Positions 61,589-64,000 of a stretch of DNA of 64,000 bases are shown here, piece by piece. The notes under the pieces are model-generated. The model did not search any database, was not told the origin of the DNA, and saw nothing but the letters and a program-made list of their open reading frames with translations. Positions within the stretch are counted from its first letter, which is position 1; every line of letters starts with the position of its first letter. A program made the translations under genes and the position numbers. Source of the DNA: Candidatus Hermodarchaeota archaeon (GTDB taxonomy: Archaea > Asgardarchaeota > Lokiarchaeia > Sigyniarchaeales > SOKP01); assembly GCA_048885925.1 (NCBI GenBank), contig JBHLLG010000001.1, positions 291,105 to 355,104 of the forward strand, given 5' to 3'.

Positions 61589-64000
61589 TTAGGTAGTAAT
61601 GAGACCAAATTTATTTTTTAAATATTCGTGAATAGCTTTTGCTGCTTGTTTTCCTGCCCCCATTGCAGAAATCACCGTAGCAGAACCTGAAACAATATCA
61701 CCCCCCGCATAAATTCCTTCTATATTAGTCCTGCTATTTTCATCAGTTTCAATATACCCCCATTTAGTTAGTTTTAAATCAGGAAGCGATTTAGTCAAAA
61801 TTGGATTAGCATTAGTGCCAATACCTAGTATAACAGTATCAGTTTCAATTAAGAATTCTGATCCCTCAATTTCAATTGGTTTACGCCTTCCAGATTCATC
61901 TGGTTCACCTAAACGCATTTTAATCGCTTGAATTTGTTTTACATTATCATTTTCATCTCCTATAAATCTTAAAGGACTAGTTAAAAATTGAAATTCAATA
62001 CCTTCTTCTGCGGCATGATGATATTCTTCTCTTCTTGCAGGCATTTCTAATTCTGATCTTCTATAAACAACTATTACTCTTTTTGCACCTAATCGTTTCG
62101 CAACCCTAGAAGCATCAAGAGCAGTATTTCCACCTCCTATAATAGTTACTATTTCACCCACTCTAATTGGTGTATCATATTCGGGGAATTTATACGCTTT
62201 CATTAAATTGGCTCTAGTAAGGAACTCATTTGCAGTTAAGACACCATTTAAATTCAATCCAGGAATTTTAGGAAACATAGGAAGCCCAGCTCCTACTCCA
62301 ATGAAAAAAGCTTTGTATCCCATATCCTTTAAATCTTGGATGGTTAATGTTTTACCAATTATTGTATTATATTGAACTTTAACATTAATCATTTTTAATG
62401 TTTCAATTTCATCGTTAACAATTTCTTTAGGCAATCTGAATTCAGGAATACCATAGGTTAATACACCACCTCCCGCATGAAAAGCTTCAAAAATAGTGAC
62501 ATCATAGCCCATTCTGGCAAGTTCTCCAGCACATGTCAATCCTGCCGGACCCGCACCTATAACTGCAACTTTAAGATTATTTGGAGGTTTACATTCAGGG
62601 CATTCTTTTAATTGGTTTTCCCTTTCCCAATCAGCTATAAATCTTTCTAAATATCCAATTGCAATTGGTTCTTCCAAATAATTCAGTAAACAAGCTTTCT
62701 CACATTGAGTTTCTTGAGGGCATACTCTTCCACATATAGCAGGTAATAAATTATAGTCTTTCATAACTCTAAGAGCTTCAATGAATTTCTCTTCTCTAAG
62801 TAATCTTACAAATTGTGGTATATCTATATTTACGGGACATCCTAAAACACATTGTGGCATACCACATTGTAAACACCTCTTGGATTCCAATTTCACCATA
62901 TCTAAAGTTAATCCTTTAGGAACTTCTTGAAAATTTGTAACTCTTACTTTTGGTTCCTGTTCTATCATTTTTGGTCTCTGTATCTCCTTGTAAATCTTTT
63001 GCTTTGAATTACTAACTCTACATAATATCCTAAAACTGTTGCTTTCCTCTTCTATATCTTTTTTTTTAATTAATTGAAGATCTAAAGCTTTTTGAAATAA
63101 TTTAGCACCCATTTTAGTTCTAATTATTACTGTTGACCATCCAGGTTCGGATCCAATAGAACCTACAGCAATATCTGCTTGTTCTGAAGTAAGATCATCA
63201 CAAAAAAAGCATCCTAATCTACCATATGTTTTTAATTTTTTTACAGGTATTGTATAAATAGAATTATCTTTATGAAAAGCGTAAAATCGTCCTTTATCTA
63301 TATCCATTTTTCTAATAACATTCGGAGATATCTGAAATTCAATTTTCAAAAGATTTTTTATTTGTTCATAATCAAATGATTCCATACAGAATAATCCAAT
63401 TTTTAATGAAATATTATCATAAAAAGGTCTATTAATTGGATAAAAAGATACTTTTTTCAGTGCTTCCATCATACATGGAGTACCAACTATAGCAATATTA
63501 TTATAAAGTTTTGACCTATGTAATAATTTTAAAGAAGGGGCATTAGTATATTTTGTACCTGCAGTTCTTAATAATTCATTTTCGTGATCAATCAAAACTG
63601 GTAAAGGTTTGTGAGGTTCATCTGATACACTTACTGCTAAAGCAGCGTTTATCATTTTTTCTTGAAAGGCTGTTTTAAGTAAGGTAGTTACAATCCCACC
63701 ATCTTGAGCCATGCTCTTTATACTGTCATCATTGGTCTGTGCAGAATATATATTATAATAATGGTTTAATTCGTCTATATTCTTAATACTTGCTTCATTA
63801 TTCTCCTGATATTGCTTTAGAATCTTAGGAAAAAAAGATCTTGGACAACATGTAAAACATAGACCACAATGGAAACAAAGATCTTCATTAATTTCAAATG
63901 TATGACTTGTATAATTAATCGCATGCACAGGACATATAGAATCACACAAACCACAGCCACAGCATATCTTGCTATCTGTAATTATTGAAACATTGGGAAA
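61589..64000 (-). CDS. FrhB/FdhB-like F420-binding domain fused to GltD/NfnB(SudA)-like NADPH flavoprotein; 5' end beyond window
   Basis: Ferredoxin CCGCGLC, AQDGGIVT, GTPC, GLFCME; RCLQC, GRVCPQE.QCE, GAGPAG, GGGNTALD, AGGDIVSG. Confidence 0.88.
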   Translation of the reverse strand, partial: FPNVSIITDSKICCGCGLCDSICPVHAINYTSHTFEINEDLCFHCGLCFTCCPRSFFPKILKQYQENNEASIKNIDELNHYYNIYSAQTNDDSIKSMAQDGGIVTTLLKTAFQEKMINAALAVSVSDEPHKPLPVLIDHENELLRTAGTKYTNAPSLKLLHRSKLYNNIAIVGTPCMMEALKKVSFYPINRPFYDNISLKIGLFCMESFDYEQIKNLLKIEFQISPNVIRKMDIDKGRFYAFHKDNSIYTIPVKKLKTYGRLGCFFCDDLTSEQADIAVGSIGSEPGWSTVIIRTKMGAKLFQKALDLQLIKKKDIEEESNSFRILCRVSNSKQKIYKEIQRPKMIEQEPKVRVTNFQEVPKGLTLDMVKLESKRCLQCGMPQCVLGCPVNIDIPQFVRLLREEKFIEALRVMKDYNLLPAICGRVCPQETQCEKACLLNYLEEPIAIGYLERFIADWERENQLKECPECKPPNNLKVAVIGAGPAGLTCAGELARMGYDVTIFEAFHAGGGVLTYGIPEFRLPKEIVNDEIETLKMINVKVQYNTIIGKTLTIQDLKDMGYKAFFIGVGAGLPMFPKIPGLNLNGVLTANEFLTRANLMKAYKFPEYDTPIRVGEIVTIIGGGNTALDASRVAKRLGAKRVIVVYRRSELEMPARREEYHHAAEEGIEFQFLTSPLRFIGDENDNVKQIQAIKMRLGEPDESGRRKPIEIEGSEFLIETDTVILGIGTNANPILTKSLPDLKLTKWGYIETDENSRTNIEGIYAGGDIVSGSATVISAMGAGKQAAKAIHEYLKNKFGLITT

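Noticed and set aside
1-64000. CRISPR array, tRNA, rRNA, transposase or integrase
   Set aside because: No regularly spaced repeat-spacer series, cloverleaf, or recognisable recombinase motif was seen by eye

Overview
AT-rich archaeal window, most consistent with an Asgard archaeon of the Lokiarchaeia type. This is inferred from the TFB, archaeal S10 and SRP RNA, Loki-CTERM-like tails, TPR expansions, and longin-, RING- and Bud23-like proteins. Contents in order: a glycyl-radical enzyme with its activase; a ~19 kb DNA-processing island (RadB-like, variant TFB, Hef, SWIM-containing Ski2/Hel308-like helicase, membrane HhH protein, degenerate membrane VirB4/HerA-like protein); metabolic genes; SRP RNA; a tandem triplet of V4R/MetOD1-like genes; two copies of a TPR/wHTH/cargo cassette next to suhB; housekeeping genes; gdhA; and an FrhB-GltD fusion. 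Best candidate for an undescribed system: two tandem minus-strand micro-ORFs absent from the ORF track (54838-54987 and 54492-54629). Each has an in-frame UGA at codon 21 in a C-x2/x4-UGA-Gly context and is followed by its own copy of a conserved, covarying AUGA-N16-GA hairpin, suggesting small selenoproteins with a SECIS-like element. There is also good evidence for AUA/AUC start codons, including in rps10. All family assignments are from motif recognition by eye; no searches were run.
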